A stretch of DNA of 63,810 nt, filler included, from Chiloscyllium plagiosum (taxonomy: Eukaryota): NCBI RefSeq assembly GCF_004010195.1. It is 3 parts of one record of this genome, joined end to end, with 100 filler letters (N's around TTAATTAATTAA, not from the genome) between each part and the next. Parts side by side here need not be neighbours in the genome. Positions count along the whole stretch, not along the records: positions 1 to 30,658 come from NC_057716.1; positions 30,759 to 59,348 come from NC_057716.1; 1 more part is not named here. One strand, 5' to 3'. Of this stretch, positions 25,346-37,960 are shown piece by piece. The notes beneath the pieces were generated by a model, which saw only the letters and a program-made list of their open reading frames with translations, did no database searches and was not told where the DNA came from. Numbering within the stretch: the stretch's first letter is position 1; each line of letters begins with the position of its first letter. Position numbers and translations under genes: made by a program.

Positions 25346-25817
25346 ACAAGTCTCTCTCCGTTCCACAGTCCTCACACAATTCGGAACCTCTAGGAACAAA
25401 ATTTCATCTGTTTCATGAAAGATGCGCCCACCAGTTAGTAAACTGCAGAAGGTGAAATGTGAGGAATATTATGCACCTGTCAAGAATTGGAATCCTCTTC
25501 GATGGAAGTTTCAGAAAATCTTAAATGCAGTGAACCTCACACACAACTTGTGTGTTTTCTGTCTGCAACCAAAAAAAGGAGGTTCAGTCCATTCCTATCC
25601 AGTGTAAGATGCTGAATGGGATGCACCATTCACAGAGTTCTCGAAATACATTACCCATTCTTTCCTGTAGTGTAGGCAAGATAAAAATAGATTCTAAAAT
25701 GGAAACAGTTTCTTTCACAGTCTACTCTCAAACAGTATAAATTTGTGAGGCAATAATGCTATCTTTCTACTGGAGCAGCAACTGAGCAGCTTTCCACAAG
25801 GTGTCCAGTTCAACTCA

Positions 25818-25872
25818 GACACACATGCACACACATACGTGCATACACACACACACACAGACACACACACAT
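25818..25872. repeat. Imperfect (CA)n microsatellite
   Basis: acacacatgcacacacatacgtgcatacacacacacacacagacacacacac. Confidence 0.9.
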
Positions 25873-26234
25873 ACCTCAGGCATCACCAATGGCACCCAGT
25901 AAAGGATGAATGAAAGTCTTGCATTAATTTATTAACTTTCACAACTTTCACAGCTTCACCGAAGTGCAGTTGTTCTTGTAAGGTACGAGGTAGCAGCCAT
26001 TTTGCGCACAGCAAGGTCTCACAGTCATGGGAACGGGATCAACACCCCCTTGGGTCTAGCTTGTTGCTGAGTCACGCATCAGAATTTCATTCATCTGTCT
26101 TGATTCCAGACCTCCTCCCAGATCATTGACTTAAAAAAGCCAATCCGTTTTGAAGCATTCAATGGGTCCTACGACCACAGGTTTTTTTTAAGTGAGCAGG
26201 TTCCACTGTGATCTGTACACTGTGATAATGATAG

Positions 26235-27640
26235 GATCACAGAATTGTTACAGTGCAGCAGGAGGCTATTTGGCCGATCATGTCTTCACCAGCTCCAAGT
26301 ACTTTGTTTTCGTGTCAAGCTCCTGCCTTATGCCTGTAATCCTACAATTTGTTTCTATTTAAATAATCACCTGATGCCCTCTTCAATGCCCCAACTGAAC
26401 CTGCCTCCACCACCTATCCATGTATCATTCCAGACCCCAACTATTTGCTGCTGAAAATATTTCCCTTGTATCACAATTGCTTCCCTACTGAATTTCTTTA
26501 AATTTGTGCCTCTTGTTCCTAAATCCTTTTACAAGTAGGAACAATATCTCCTTATCTATTCTATCCACTTCCCCCGTGATCTTAAAAACTTTCAAATCTT
26601 CTCTCCAAAGGAAATTGTCCCATCATTTAGAATGTATCTTCCCTGGAATTACTTTTCTAAGCCTCTTCTGCACTCTTTCACATCCTTCTTGAAGTTTGGT
26701 GTCCAGAACTTCAGCCGAGTTTATTAGTGTCTTATACAGTTTATTAGTGTCTTATACAGGCTTAAAAAAGCCAATCCGTTTTGAAGCATTCAATGGGTCC
26801 TACGACCACAGTTTTTTTTAAGTGAGCAGGTTCCACTGTGATCTTAGTGGGCGGCACGGTGGCCCAGTGGTTAGCACTGCTGCCTCACAGCGCCTGTAGA
26901 CCCGGGTTCAATTCCCGACTCAGACGACTGACTGTGTGGAGTTTGCACATTCTCCCCGTGTCTGCGTGGGTTTCCTCTGGGTGCTCCGGTTTCCTCCCAC
27001 AGTCCAAAGATGTGCGGGTCAGGTGAATTGGCCATGCTAAATTGCCCGTAGTGTTAGGTTAAAGGGGTAAATGTAGGGGTATGGGTGGGTTGCGCTTCGG
27101 TGGGTTGGTGTGGACTTGTTGGGCCGAAGGGCCTGTTTCCACACTGTAAGTAATCTAATCTAGTCTCAGTATAACTTCTTTGCTATTACAATCTATGTTT
27201 TAGAATACTGTATGCTTTATTAACTGTTCTCTGTATCTCCTGCGATCTTTAATACTTTAAGTACTTAAATACCAAAGTCTCTCTGTTCTTGCACATCCTT
27301 TAGGGTACTCTTTATTTTATGCTTCCTCTTCACATTCTTTTTACCAAAATGTATTGCTTTGTTGCTTATCTGCCAACTCAACCAACTTTCAATCTCCTCG
27401 TAGATTAGAATGCTTCCAAGTTTTGAACTTAACATAACTTTGAAATTATCCTTGTACATCAAGGTCCAGATCATTAACATATATCACAAAAGCAAGGGTC
27501 CCTACACTGACCCCCTAGTGAACTCCACTACAAACCTGCTTACAGCTAAAATTTACTCATAAACAATTACTCTTTTTAGATATTAGATTTTAGTAATAGT
27601 TTCTATGACTACCAATTTGTGTCTACATTACTACTGTATT
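26235..27640 (-). mobile_element. Old CR1 remnant interrupted at ~26760 by an 84-bp local duplication plus an HE1 SINE
   Basis: CR1 reverse-complement motifs on both sides of the insertion (tgtcttatacag | tctcagtataacttctttgct). Confidence 0.65.
26847..27163 (+). mobile_element. Young full-length HE1-type SINE
   Basis: ggcggcacggtggcccagtggttagcactgctgcctcacag...gggttcaattccc...taatctaatct tail; CpGs retained. Confidence 0.92.
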
Positions 27641-27689
27641 AGATGATAATTATTAATAGATTTTTGGGAAATTAGTTGAAGGATAACAC

Positions 27690-27900
27690 TAAGCAAATCT
27701 ACCATGAATAATAAAACTGTGTAGTGAGATCTTTAAATCAGCTGATCAAGGCCTTAGTTTAACATCACAATTGAAAGAGAGCACATCGAACAGTGCAGCA
27801 CTCCGCTAGCTTACAGATCAAATTTAATGCTGAAGTCCCTGAAGTGTACTTGAACCTATTACTCTCTAAGAGATATGGATGCTACCCACTGAGCTGAGGC
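27690..27900 (-). mobile_element. DeuSINE-type SINE 5' part
   Basis: tttaacatcacaattgaaagagagcacatcgaacagtgcagcactcc...cttgaacc...gctacccactgagc. Confidence 0.55.
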
Positions 27901-27989
27901 TGAAACTGGTTTAACTTGGCTTTTTATAACTATCCTGTACTGAACTATAAACCACTGGTCTGATCTAAACTGGAACAATTTGTCCAAAT

Positions 27990-28415
27990 CTGGACCTTAT
28001 TGGATTCTCAAGAGTGCCGTGGAAATTTACTAGACCGGTACCAGGAATGAGAGACTTTCGTGATGTAGAGAGATTAATGAAGCTGGTATTGCTCAGAGAA
28101 GGCTAAACAAAGTTACAATATTTGAAGTTATGAGGGTTTTGTACATGAAGAACAAGCATTCCCACGGGCAGACAAAGCTTTGGTAAAAGAACTAGATGGA
28201 GGAATTGTTTCACACAGTCAGTTATTGTGGTACTGCGTGGGTGGTACAAGGCGATTCAATTGTAACATTCAAAGGAGAAGAGAGTATCCATTTGAAAAAT
28301 AGAGAGGGGCAAGGGCAGGGGATGAGATGCACTGGAAAGGACTTTCAGAGAACTGGCATAGCCAGGATAGAGCAAATGGCCTCTACTTTGCCATATGATC
28401 CTACCATTCTATAAA
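27990..28415 (+). mobile_element. Degenerate CR1 3' end
   Basis: ggtaccaggaatgagagacttt...cagagaaggctaa...caaatggcctc...ctatgatcct-like tail. Confidence 0.55.
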
Positions 28416-28879
28416 ATATGACTACCTGCTAATAGATCAGCAACACTGCTTTCTTAAAGTTACCCCTTCTGTCCCCTTGGTCAAGAAAAAAAGAATCAAA
28501 ACAACTTGCTGTATGTTTGGGGCTGTGGAGTCTGACTTGACCCCTCAACAGTGAAAATGCTGGAAAGCTGCTGGACATCTCGGTACAAATTGCACACTAG
28601 GTGTTAACAGTATCAAATCCATTAGCTTAGACTGAGAGTCCTGACCTTTTATTGCTACACTTTGAGAGATTACTGTTCTTAGTGTATGTAATGTACTGTA
28701 TTCATTACTTCCTGGTGTGAACCCATAGCCAATGCCAGAAAGAAAAAGCAGAATTCATTCGTGTAAGTGTTTGTCGGGAAGGGGGCAGGGGTAGTGTTGG
28801 TGTGGAGTGGTTGCAACATTATCTCTCTGGTTGAAGGCAAGAATTAACATTTACAAGAAACTAGAGCAATAGGTTTGTA

Positions 28880-30350
28880 AGGTGTTGTAAGAATCCTGGA
28901 TGATTATGCCTTCCCTAATAGCACAAGCTTTAGGGGGTAAAGTGACTGAAAGCAGTACAATGGGAACACAGAAAAAATTAAATAAAGGTATGCTGAGAGG
29001 GACTATAGTCTTAAATGTTTGAGTATATAAAATGGTGGGGCAGGCGCATCTATAACAAAAGGGAAGTCAAGGTAGAGCCACAAATAAGGACATTGGTAAA
29101 ATAGTGAAATAGCAGAAATATTGAATGGTCATCTTGATGTGGTTATTAGGGAGACTACCAATGTCGGCATCATGTTAGAAAAAGACATCAGAAAAATGTC
29201 AAAATATGTAAGGTAGGAAGGGGAAGATAATTGATAAACTAACCAAACTTAGAGAAAGTAAAACTACTGGTGTGGATGGACTACTTGTGCATACTAAAAA
29301 CATCTAGGAAAGAAATTGCAGAGATCCTATTGTCAATTGATAAAAATCCATTAGTAAAGAATGTAGTGCTAGATGAGTGGGGAACAGCTAATGTTATTCC
29401 TAACGTGAGATAGAACAGGTTCCCTGAACTATAGGCCGATAATTTTGAAGTTCAAGGTAGAAAATAAATTATACTTTATTTTTTAACTAGTGACAGAAAG
29501 ATGTCCAGAATCTATAATAAAGAATAGATCCTAAATGGGAAGCTCATACTTGACCAACCTTATTAAATTCTTTGAAGAAATAACTGAAAAAGCAGGCAAA
29601 GGTTAATGTAATATACCTGGATTTTCAATAGGTCTTTAGTGAGTACTCTCATGGCCATATTCAGAGTTTATGGAGCCAGGCAACTCCAGTAGTGGAGTGA
29701 ATAGGCAGGTGCCTACAAAGCAAAAAAGCACAGAGACTTAGAAGTTAAAGGCATTTACTTAAAGTGGCTGAAGGGTTGTATTCTATAGGGATTGTTACTG
29801 GAACTAATGGTACTTATCAGGTTCACAAATAAGTTGGATTCAAGAATCACAAGCAACATTTCAGAATCTGTGAATGACACCACATTGAGGCCTGTAGTTT
29901 GGAAAATAGTGACAAAGTACAAGCCATTATCTAATGTGCTGAACAGGCATATCATTGGCAAAACAATTCAAGGGTAGGCTCGAGTGAGATGGTGCCTTTT
30001 CGAAGGAGGTCACATATCCCTTGGAAAATGGGAGTCTATAGAAGGAGAGGAGCAAGAATATGAGTCAGATTCAAGCATCATTAAAAGTAACAACACCAGT
30101 TAACCAGGTTCGTTTCTGGAACAAGAGAATTAAAAGCAGAATGTTAAAATTATACAGTATCTGTTGGACAACACTTGGAGGGCTATATATAGTTCTGATA
30201 GCCTTATTATAAAAAAGTCATATAAGTACAGGAGATAGAAAAATAATTTACTACATTATGCCAGAACTGTGAGGTTATCACTATTTAGAAAGTCTGGGAT
30301 TTTTTTTCTCGAAAAAATGTACTGTCTCGATTAGGTGTCTTAAAATTCTA
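28880..30350 (+). mobile_element. Highly degenerate CR1 ORF2
   Basis: Remnant motifs: acagctaatgttattcc (ANV.P), aactataggccg (NYRP), cttgaccaaccttattaaattctttgaa (LTNLI.FFE), tacctggattttc (YLDF). Confidence 0.7.
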
Positions 30351-30377
30351 TGTGCTGTAAGGGGAGTGCAATCCTTT

Positions 30378-30658
30378 GAGAAAGTGAGGACTGCAGATGC
30401 TGGAAATCAGAGCTGAAAATGTGTTGCTGGAAAAGTGCAGCAGGTCAGGCAGCATTCAAGGAGCAGGAGAATCGACGTTTCGGGCATAAGCCCTACTTCA
30501 GGAATGAGGAAAATGTGCCAAGCAGGCTAAGATAAAAGGTAGGGAGGAGGGACTTGAGGGAGGAGCATTGGAAATGCGATAGGTGGAAGGAGGTTAAGGT
30601 GAGGGTGATAGGCCGGAGTGGGGGTGGGGGCGGAGAGGTCAGGAAGAAAATTGCAGGT
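30378..30658 (-). mobile_element. Penelope-like element 3' end, truncated by the gap
   Basis: Near-identical to 15950-16190 and to the arm at 1529-1620. Confidence 0.85.
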
Positions 30659-30758
30659 NNNNNNNNNNNNNNNNNNNNNNNNNNNNNNNNNNNNNNNNNN
30701 NNTTAATTAATTAANNNNNNNNNNNNNNNNNNNNNNNNNNNNNNNNNNNNNNNNNNNN
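30659..30758. other. Artificial scaffold gap/linker
   Basis: 44 N + TTAATTAATTAA (30703-30714) + 44 N. Confidence 0.97.
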
Positions 30759-31630
30759 CAACTCCTCAGCCATGCATTCATCTGCTCTATCCTCCTATTC
30801 CTGCCCTCACTAGCTCATAGCACTGGGAGTAATCCAGATATTACTACCCTTGAGGACCTCCTTTTTAAAATTCTACCTAACTCTCTGTAATCTCCCTTCA
30901 GAGTCTCAACCTTTTCCCTTCCAATGTCGTTGGTTCCAATGTGGACAATGACCTCCTGCTGGCCCCTCTCCCCCGTGAGAACATTCTGCACCCTCTCTGT
31001 GACATCCTTGATCCTGACACCAGGGAAACAACACACCATTCTGCTTTTTCTCTGCTGGCCACAGAAACCTCTGTCTGTACCTCGGACTACAGAATCCTCT
31101 AACACAATTTATCTCTTGGAAGCCGACGTACCCCTCGTTACATTAGAGCCAGTCTCAACACCAGAGACTTGGCTGTTCGTGCTACTTTCCCCTGAGAATC
31201 CATCACCCCCTACATTTTCCAAAACAGCATACCTGTTTGAAATGGGTATATCCACAAAAGACTCCTGCACTAGCTGCCTACCTCTCTTACCCTTCCTGGA
31301 GTTAACCCATCTATGTGACTGTATCTGAGACATTCCCCCCCCTTCCTATAACTGCCATCCATCACATACTGTTGCTGTTGCAAATTTCTCATCGCTTCTA
31401 TCTGTCTCTCCAACCGATCCACTTGATCTGATCAGATTCGCATCCAATCGCATTTATGGCAGATATAATCCGCAGTAACCCTTAAACTCTCTTTAAACTC
31501 CCACATCTGACAAGAAGTACATATCACTGCAAAGGCCATTTTTGCTCCTTCACAATCTACAGACCCAGAAAATAACACCGTCTTATTCCTCTACAAACAC
31601 TGCCCCAAGTTAAATTAACAGCTATGGCTC
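30759..31630 (-). mobile_element. CR1 ORF1 region with SGNH/GDSL esterase domain (pseudogenised)
   Basis: Minus translation DSVVRGTDRGFCG...VCCFPGVRIKDV...VHIGTNDIG...VVISGLLP, preceded by IPISNRYAVLE. Confidence 0.88.
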
Positions 31631-33944
31631 ATATTTGACTTCTATTCAAATGTAGTCACTCGGTGGCATCCCGAGTGGTTATGATCGGTGCTGTGTAAAT
31701 GCAAGGTTGTTTCTTTTTGATTGTGAATCCATACAAGCCATTAATCATGTCTTAATTAATAGACAAGTATCAAAACAGCTTCCGTCATCAGACAGTCAGC
31801 GGTTTATACCCTAGTGCTGACTTCTGTTTGCCAACCAGCTGAGGTGTTTTTGTAGTGAACATGATTGTCATAACAGAGTCACGCGTGTGTTTGTGAGAGA
31901 CACGTAGAATATAGCACATCACTGTATGGTTGGGTGGACAGCTTTGAGAATATGCTTCAGAAAAGATTGGGCATGTGGTATTTAAAAGGAATAGGAGTCT
32001 TGGAAGTCTCAAAGGACAAGGCTCTATCTCTTAGAGAGGAGGGAAGAGATTTGTTCGTTATTGGGTTGCAAAGGATAATGGAATCTGAATTAAAACTTTA
32101 AAATCTCTTAATTGTCATTACGATCTGCTTTCAGTAAAGGAGCTGTCCAACCGCCATATTTTAAGCGCTCTCAATTTAACAGTCTTTACTGCCCTTGTGC
32201 TGCTTGATCAAGAAATGATATTTGTTTTGAAGTTTGATCCACCTGCTTGAAATTCCAATGAGATTTCTGCTTTCTGAAGGGGAACTTGCGTTTGCCATTT
32301 TAAGGACCATTTAGTTTGAATAAGGTTTTGTGTGCATCCTTTACTAACCTTAGGCCACAGAATTCAGACTGCAGTAAAAACCATGCACGGATGCCTGCAG
32401 GATTCGAACCAGCATTTGTCTGCTTTAACACAATGTATCGTCAGCAGGGTTATGAGCTGTCTGATTGTGAATAGGCACATCAGTTTACTTTGCCCTCTGG
32501 GAAATGCTGTGATACCGAGAGACTGGTTTCTGGGGGTCTAATCTTTTCTGTTCGTCTTCTACAGGTTTGTTATTAACAAAACACCAGTCAAACCTGACCT
32601 CACTTCCCATCACTCCTGATAACACAGCCTCCCATGTATCTTCACCCAACACCTATTATTTTGAATTTTGTTGGATATAGTAACCAAAGTTTTGGGAAGA
32701 GCATAGCCTGACTTAAGATAGTGGACAAGCAAGAGGCTGGAAGAACACAGCAAGTCAGGCAAGAGCACTTGTCAGGAAGCTCCTTCCACCCTTGGAGCAA
32801 TGGCAAGTAACTGTGTCAGCAGTGATTCTTTTTTACCTCTAAGTGGGGAGATTGTGGGTTTAAGACCCACTTTTGAGCACAGCATCCAGCTGCCATTCCT
32901 ATTGCAGGATAGATCAGGGAGCAAGACCCCACTGACTTGTTATGTGGCTACCAAACTGGCTGGATGTGAAAGCTCCCAAGACTTTCTCTCATCCCCCTTC
33001 TATTTTCTAGTACAAACTCATTAACCCTCTGATCTGCTTAGACTCTTCTGTATTAGTCCTGAGCATGTTCTGTTCGTTGAATGGTTCCATGTACCATAAA
33101 CTTTGCAGCCATCTTGCCCTTTACACTGGCATTTGGGTTAAACACAACTCGATGCATTGCTAGATATTTCATTCCACTTCTAACTGTACTCCTGATCTAA
33201 TTGCCTTCGTTCTTCATCTCCAGCAACTTGACAACAAATTAACAAAAGTGTACAAACTAAGGAAACAATCCATGGTTTTTAAATGCTTCTATGAATTTTT
33301 TTGTTTTCCTCCTGGATTTTGCTGGCAATGGGAATCCAGGAATTATTTTTAAACTCCCTGAAAGCTGGATAACTATTCAAGAGACATAGCAATCGTAATG
33401 GGCCACTGTTTCTTGGAGGAATTGCACCAAAAGCAGTGATTGTCAATGGTGAAATTGTGTGAATAAGCAGCGGTCACAACTGGGGGTGTAGGGATTTGGG
33501 GGAAGATGGAACTTTCCCTTTGTAATTGTCCTGGCCAGAGGCTCAACTATTAAGGACTTGGAGTTGGGCATAAAGGCAGCATTTGGAAATGAAACACGTG
33601 TTTCAGAACAATATTGGCAGCTTGGTGAAATGGGCTAACCTTAGTCAAAGAAGTCTGACACGATACAATTTGATGGGAATAATGGAGGTGAGGCAAAATG
33701 AGCTGAATTGTGTAAGTTTAAATTGTAATTGTGTACAGGAAGAGAGAAACCTGAGACACTGATGTATATACTGTTCTTTGAAGGTGAGTGGGCAAGTTGA
33801 GAATGCTGTTTTATTTTGATGTAAAGAAAATGAATTTCTTGACTTAATGATTAGATTACAGATGTAAGGAAGTTATGCCAAACGGTTAGGCATATCACTC
33901 ATTAAACTTCATCAAGAGTATTTCGTTCATTAATGGGCACCGCA

Positions 33945-34145
33945 GAGGAGATGGTGCCATGGTGGTAATGTCATTGGTCAGGGTATCCCCTGAAGTTACA
34001 GGTTCAAATCTTTTCAGGGGAGCTGGCAGAATTTAAAATCACCTAATAAATCTGAAATTGAAAGTTAGCTGCAGTGACAGTGATCTTAAAACTGCCATGG
34101 CTTGTTGTGAATCAGATGTGTTTTTACAATGTCCTTTCCAAGGAA
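33945..34145 (+). mobile_element. Partial tRNA-head SINE (family of 48210-48570)
   Basis: gtgccatggtggtaatgtcattgg...ggttcaaatc...gaatttaaaatc...aatgtccttt. Confidence 0.6.
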
Positions 34146-34199
34146 GAAAATTCCAAGGGTGCAGACGCCTGGAATGGTGCCAGTGCATGCCAGTCTTCA

Positions 34200-34388
34200 T
34201 TTGGAGATGCCAGTGTTGGACTGGGGTGTACAAAGTTAAAAATCACACAACGCCAGGTTATAGTCCAACAGGTTTAATTGGAAGCACTAGCTTTCATCAA
34301 CCACCTGATGAAGGAGCAGTGCTCTGAAAGCTAGTGCTTCCAATTAAACCTGTTGCACTATAACCTGGTGTTGTGATTTTTAACTTTC
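34200..34388. mobile_element. Penelope-like (family B) fold-back insertion with 12-bp TSD
   Basis: Inverted arms ~34232-34296 / 34325-34387. TGCCAGTCTTCA at 34188-34199 and 34389-34400. Confidence 0.75.
34302..34336 (+). ncRNA. Minimal hammerhead-ribozyme motif
   Basis: CAC-CUGAUGA-A-GGAGC(AGU)GCUCU-GAAA-GCUA-GUG. Confidence 0.65.
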
Positions 34389-35499
34389 TGCCAGTCTTCA
34401 GTTATGTGGAGAAACTGGTATTGCTCTCCTTAGAACACAGAAGGCTAAAATAATATGTGTGGGGTGTTCAAAAGCATGCTGGTTTTGATTGAGTAGATGT
34501 GAAATAAAACCATTGCCGGTAACGAAAGGGTCAGTAACTGGAAGGTGTTGCTTTAAGGTGACTGGTAAAATGAGCAGACAGTTTGAGGATACTTTTCTAT
34601 ATTTAAAATGCAGTGAGCTAATATCTCTGGAATGTGCTACTTTCAAGGGCGTTTGGAGCAGATTCAACAGTAACATTCAAAAGGGAACCAAATAAATGTT
34701 TAAAGGGAAAACATTTACAGTGTCATGCAGGAAGGAGGATTCTCATTCTTGACAAGGACCAGCACATTTCCAATGGGTCAAATGGCTGCTTGCTCATTTA
34801 TAGGAACCTATGCAGTCGAGTGCACAGAGCTACTTGATTGAGGGGTGTGGGGCCGGGAACTGAAGAGATTTTCTGTCTCTCTTTCGATTGGGCTGGACAA
34901 TATAAATTGGCAAAGACACAAAAATATTCTGAATTTGCAGCTGTAAATATTTAGTTCTAAGCAGTGGAGGGAGAGCTCTGGTGCGCTCGAGCTCAGTAAA
35001 ACCGCTCCAGGAGTGTGGATCTGCAAGTTGTTTGTGTTTGCCTTGGCATTAATATTTTGTGTTGATGCTGTATTTCCTTAAAGGGGATAGCCACCTTCCT
35101 TTCTGGTGCTTTGCAGGTAGAATCAGGTTTTGTCATTGAAGCAGTGATGAAGGGGTCAGGTGTGTCACTGTGACTCCTTTTTTATCCCTCTCTCTTCCTC
35201 ACTGTTCGTTTCTTTGGAAATATGACTCATCATTACATCACTGCATGAAGCTCCTCAGACAGACAATGGATGAAGCTCCTCTGTTAGAGGAGTGAAAAAT
35301 AATGTGTAGATGCAGCTGTGAGCTCCCTCTTGGGAGACTGGTCAAACTTCAGTGTAAAATTAGTGATTTGCTATAGTGTTTAGGCCCTGGCAGCATGTCC
35401 TCCCAGTATCAACACCTGATGCCTTGCATCCACAAAATCTCAAGGGCTGTTGATGAAGCATGCAAACCTTGAGAGATGAAGCAGAGACAGCCAAATTCT

Positions 35500-35700
35500 A
35501 ATGTCACAGCCTCTTTCCTTTGTCAGTACATCAGGGCTTCAGCAGACCCATATCCCTTGATGATGTTAGCGAGGGTGTGCTGCATTGTCATAGGTTCCAT
35601 CTCTGAGCTGTTAAACCAAGGGCATCTCAAGTGATAGTCAAAGAACCTGTGGCAGTATTCTGAATATGAAGGTAGGGGGAAGCGAATTTCTCCTTGGTGC
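35500..35700 (+). mobile_element. DeuSINE-type SINE fragment
   Basis: gagggtgtgctgcattgtc...gttaaaccaagg...tggcagtattctgaa. Confidence 0.5.
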
Positions 35701-35885
35701 CAGTCAGTAATGGTATCCCAGTGCTACACCGTGTCAGTCCAGTCCCCAGTAGTATTGTACCCCATACACACTGACAGACCAGTCCCAGCAATACTATATC
35801 CTAGCATTAAGTAGTGTCAGTACTGTATCCCAGTGTTACATAGTAACAGACCTGTCCCAGTAGTACTGTCCCAGCGTTTACGGAG
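35700..35885. repeat. Degenerate ~40-bp minisatellite
   Basis: Repeated unit of the type cagtactgtatcccagtgttacatagtaacagacctgtccc, about four copies. Confidence 0.65.
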
Positions 35886-36469
35886 TCTATCCCTGAAGGA
35901 TAGACCAGGTGTAAGTAAGATGGGTATAGATATAGAAGAACAATAGAAACTTATTGTTGTGAAACACAACTGAAAACTATTGAGAATTTTAAAATGGAGA
36001 CATTGATTCCACATCTGCCAATGTAGTTCTGAGAGACGGTATATCTTTGCGCCTTAGCATTTCTTTGTGCCTTTGCACCTTAGCTCAGTGAATCTCTGGT
36101 GTGTGTGATGTTTCTTGGAATTTGCACTGGGTATGAAAGGAGGTTTAGTTGTGGAATAAAAGGTATTCGACTCAAAATGGTGGCACCCTTGGCTTAAAGA
36201 AGAGTGCAAGAACCAATGATTGCAAGTCCCTGGACTGTCAGTATGCCTGTCTCCCTCGATCTTTCAGAAACCATGAATGTTCAGAGCCATGTTCCCAAAG
36301 GAGGATTTAGTTATTTTCCAGTGGATCTGATTTTGTTTTTCTGTTTCAGGTGCATGCAGTATGACACTTTTACTTTTCCTTGATCGCAGCCCTAGCTTTG
36401 TAGTTTTACTTGCCTGGCTGTCTCAACATGTAGAATTGAGATCAATATTTTTATGTGACTCTACTGAAA

Positions 36470-36790
36470 AATTCAGGATATGTCAAAACACTATATAGCC
36501 CATAAAGTACTTTTCTTCTTTTACCCAAGTAATCATTGTTGTCATGCAGGAACCTCTATAACACGCTCCCACAGTCAGTAGTATGATATTGTCCAGATCA
36601 TCCGTTTTAGAAATGGTTGGTTGGCCAGGATTCCTGGAGAAGGCCTTTGCTTTTCCTCCAATGGTGCCTTGAGACCCATTATGTCCACCTGAGATGACAC
36701 ATAGATCCTTAGTTAATGCCTAACCCTAAAGTTAGCACCTCCGACTTTCAACCTTCACTTCATTACTGCATTGAAATGCCAGCCTGAATT
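36470..36790 (-). mobile_element. DeuSINE-type SINE
   Basis: aagtacttt...ggttggccagga...atgtccacctgaga...agcacctccgac. Confidence 0.55.
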
Positions 36791-36794
36791 TTGT

Positions 36795-37960
36795 ACTGCC
36801 AATGCCATTCTATTGAAATTCATCAAAGTTGCAAACAACATTCTATGTGACAGTGACAAAGGTAAACTTGCCTTCCTCATCCTTGGTGACCTGACTTGTG
36901 ACCTTCGACAGGGTTGACCATGTCATCATCCTCTGTGTATCTCCACTCACCGTTCTTATCTGTCTAACCATAGCCAGAGAGCTATCTGCACCAATGGCTA
37001 TTCGTCCTGCTCACTTACCCTAACTTCTGGTGTTGCCCAAGGACCAATCTTTGCACCCCCCCTCCCCCCGCCTCAATCTGCATGCCGCTGCTTGGCAACA
37101 ACATCTGAAAGCACAGGATTAGTTTTCATAAGCACACTAACAACACCCAATTTTTACCTTACCACCCCTTCTCTTGACTGCTGTACTGTTGCTAAGTTAT
37201 CACATGTTTATATGGCAGCTAGTATTGGATGACCAGTGGCATCCTCCAATTAAACATTGGGAAGATGGAAGTCATTATTTTCAATCCCTGCTCCAAACTT
37301 CCCTTTCTGGCTGTAGTCAGAGATTAAGTCAAACTGTGTGTAACCCATGTTTTCCTGAAATGAGATTCCAATGTCACATTTGTACCATCACTATTTCCAT
37401 CTCACTAACATCACCCAACTTCACCATGTCTCGATTCATCTGCTGAAAGCCTCACCCATGGCTTTGTTACCTCCAGACTTGACTACTCTAATGTACTCCT
37501 GGCTGGTCTCCCACATTCTTATCCTCTGTAAACTTGAGCTGTTCATGTTTTAACTCATACCAAGTTCTGTTTTCTCATCACTCTTGTACTTGCTGAAGTA
37601 CGTTGAGCTCCGGGTCAAACAACATCTTGATTCTAAAATTCTTATGCTTATCCAATCTTCTAAAGCTTTGCTTCTCCTGATCTCTCTAATCTTCTCCAAC
37701 CCTACAGCTCTGTTAACTGCACTCCCACAATTCTGGTCTTATGAACACCTCAAGTGTAATTGCTGTACCATTGGTGGCTCTACCTTCAGTTGCCTAGGCA
37801 CCAAGCTCTGGTGTTCCCTGCCTCCTTATCTCTCTTATATGGGTCATTGCTGTTTATCTTTATCTATGACTCACTTTCCTTTTAAGACACTTCTTAAAAG
37901 CTTCCTGCTTAACCAAGCATTTGGTCTTCTGACTGAGTTTCTCTTTTTTTTTTGGCTCAA
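36795..37960 (+). mobile_element. Degenerate L2 LINE (RT to 3' end)
   Basis: ccttcgacagggttgaccat (FD.VDH), ggtgttgcccaagga (GV.QG), acctccagacttgactactctaat (TSRLDYSN), cctttaagacacttcttaaaa tail. Confidence 0.75.

Noticed and set aside
30703..30714. TTAATTAATTAA as a biological motif or piggyBac site
   Set aside because: It is embedded symmetrically in Ns and repeated identically at 59393-59404, so it is an assembly linker.
35700..35885. CRISPR-like repeat array
   Set aside because: Degenerate tandem units without unique spacers, in vertebrate DNA with no cas genes; it is a minisatellite.
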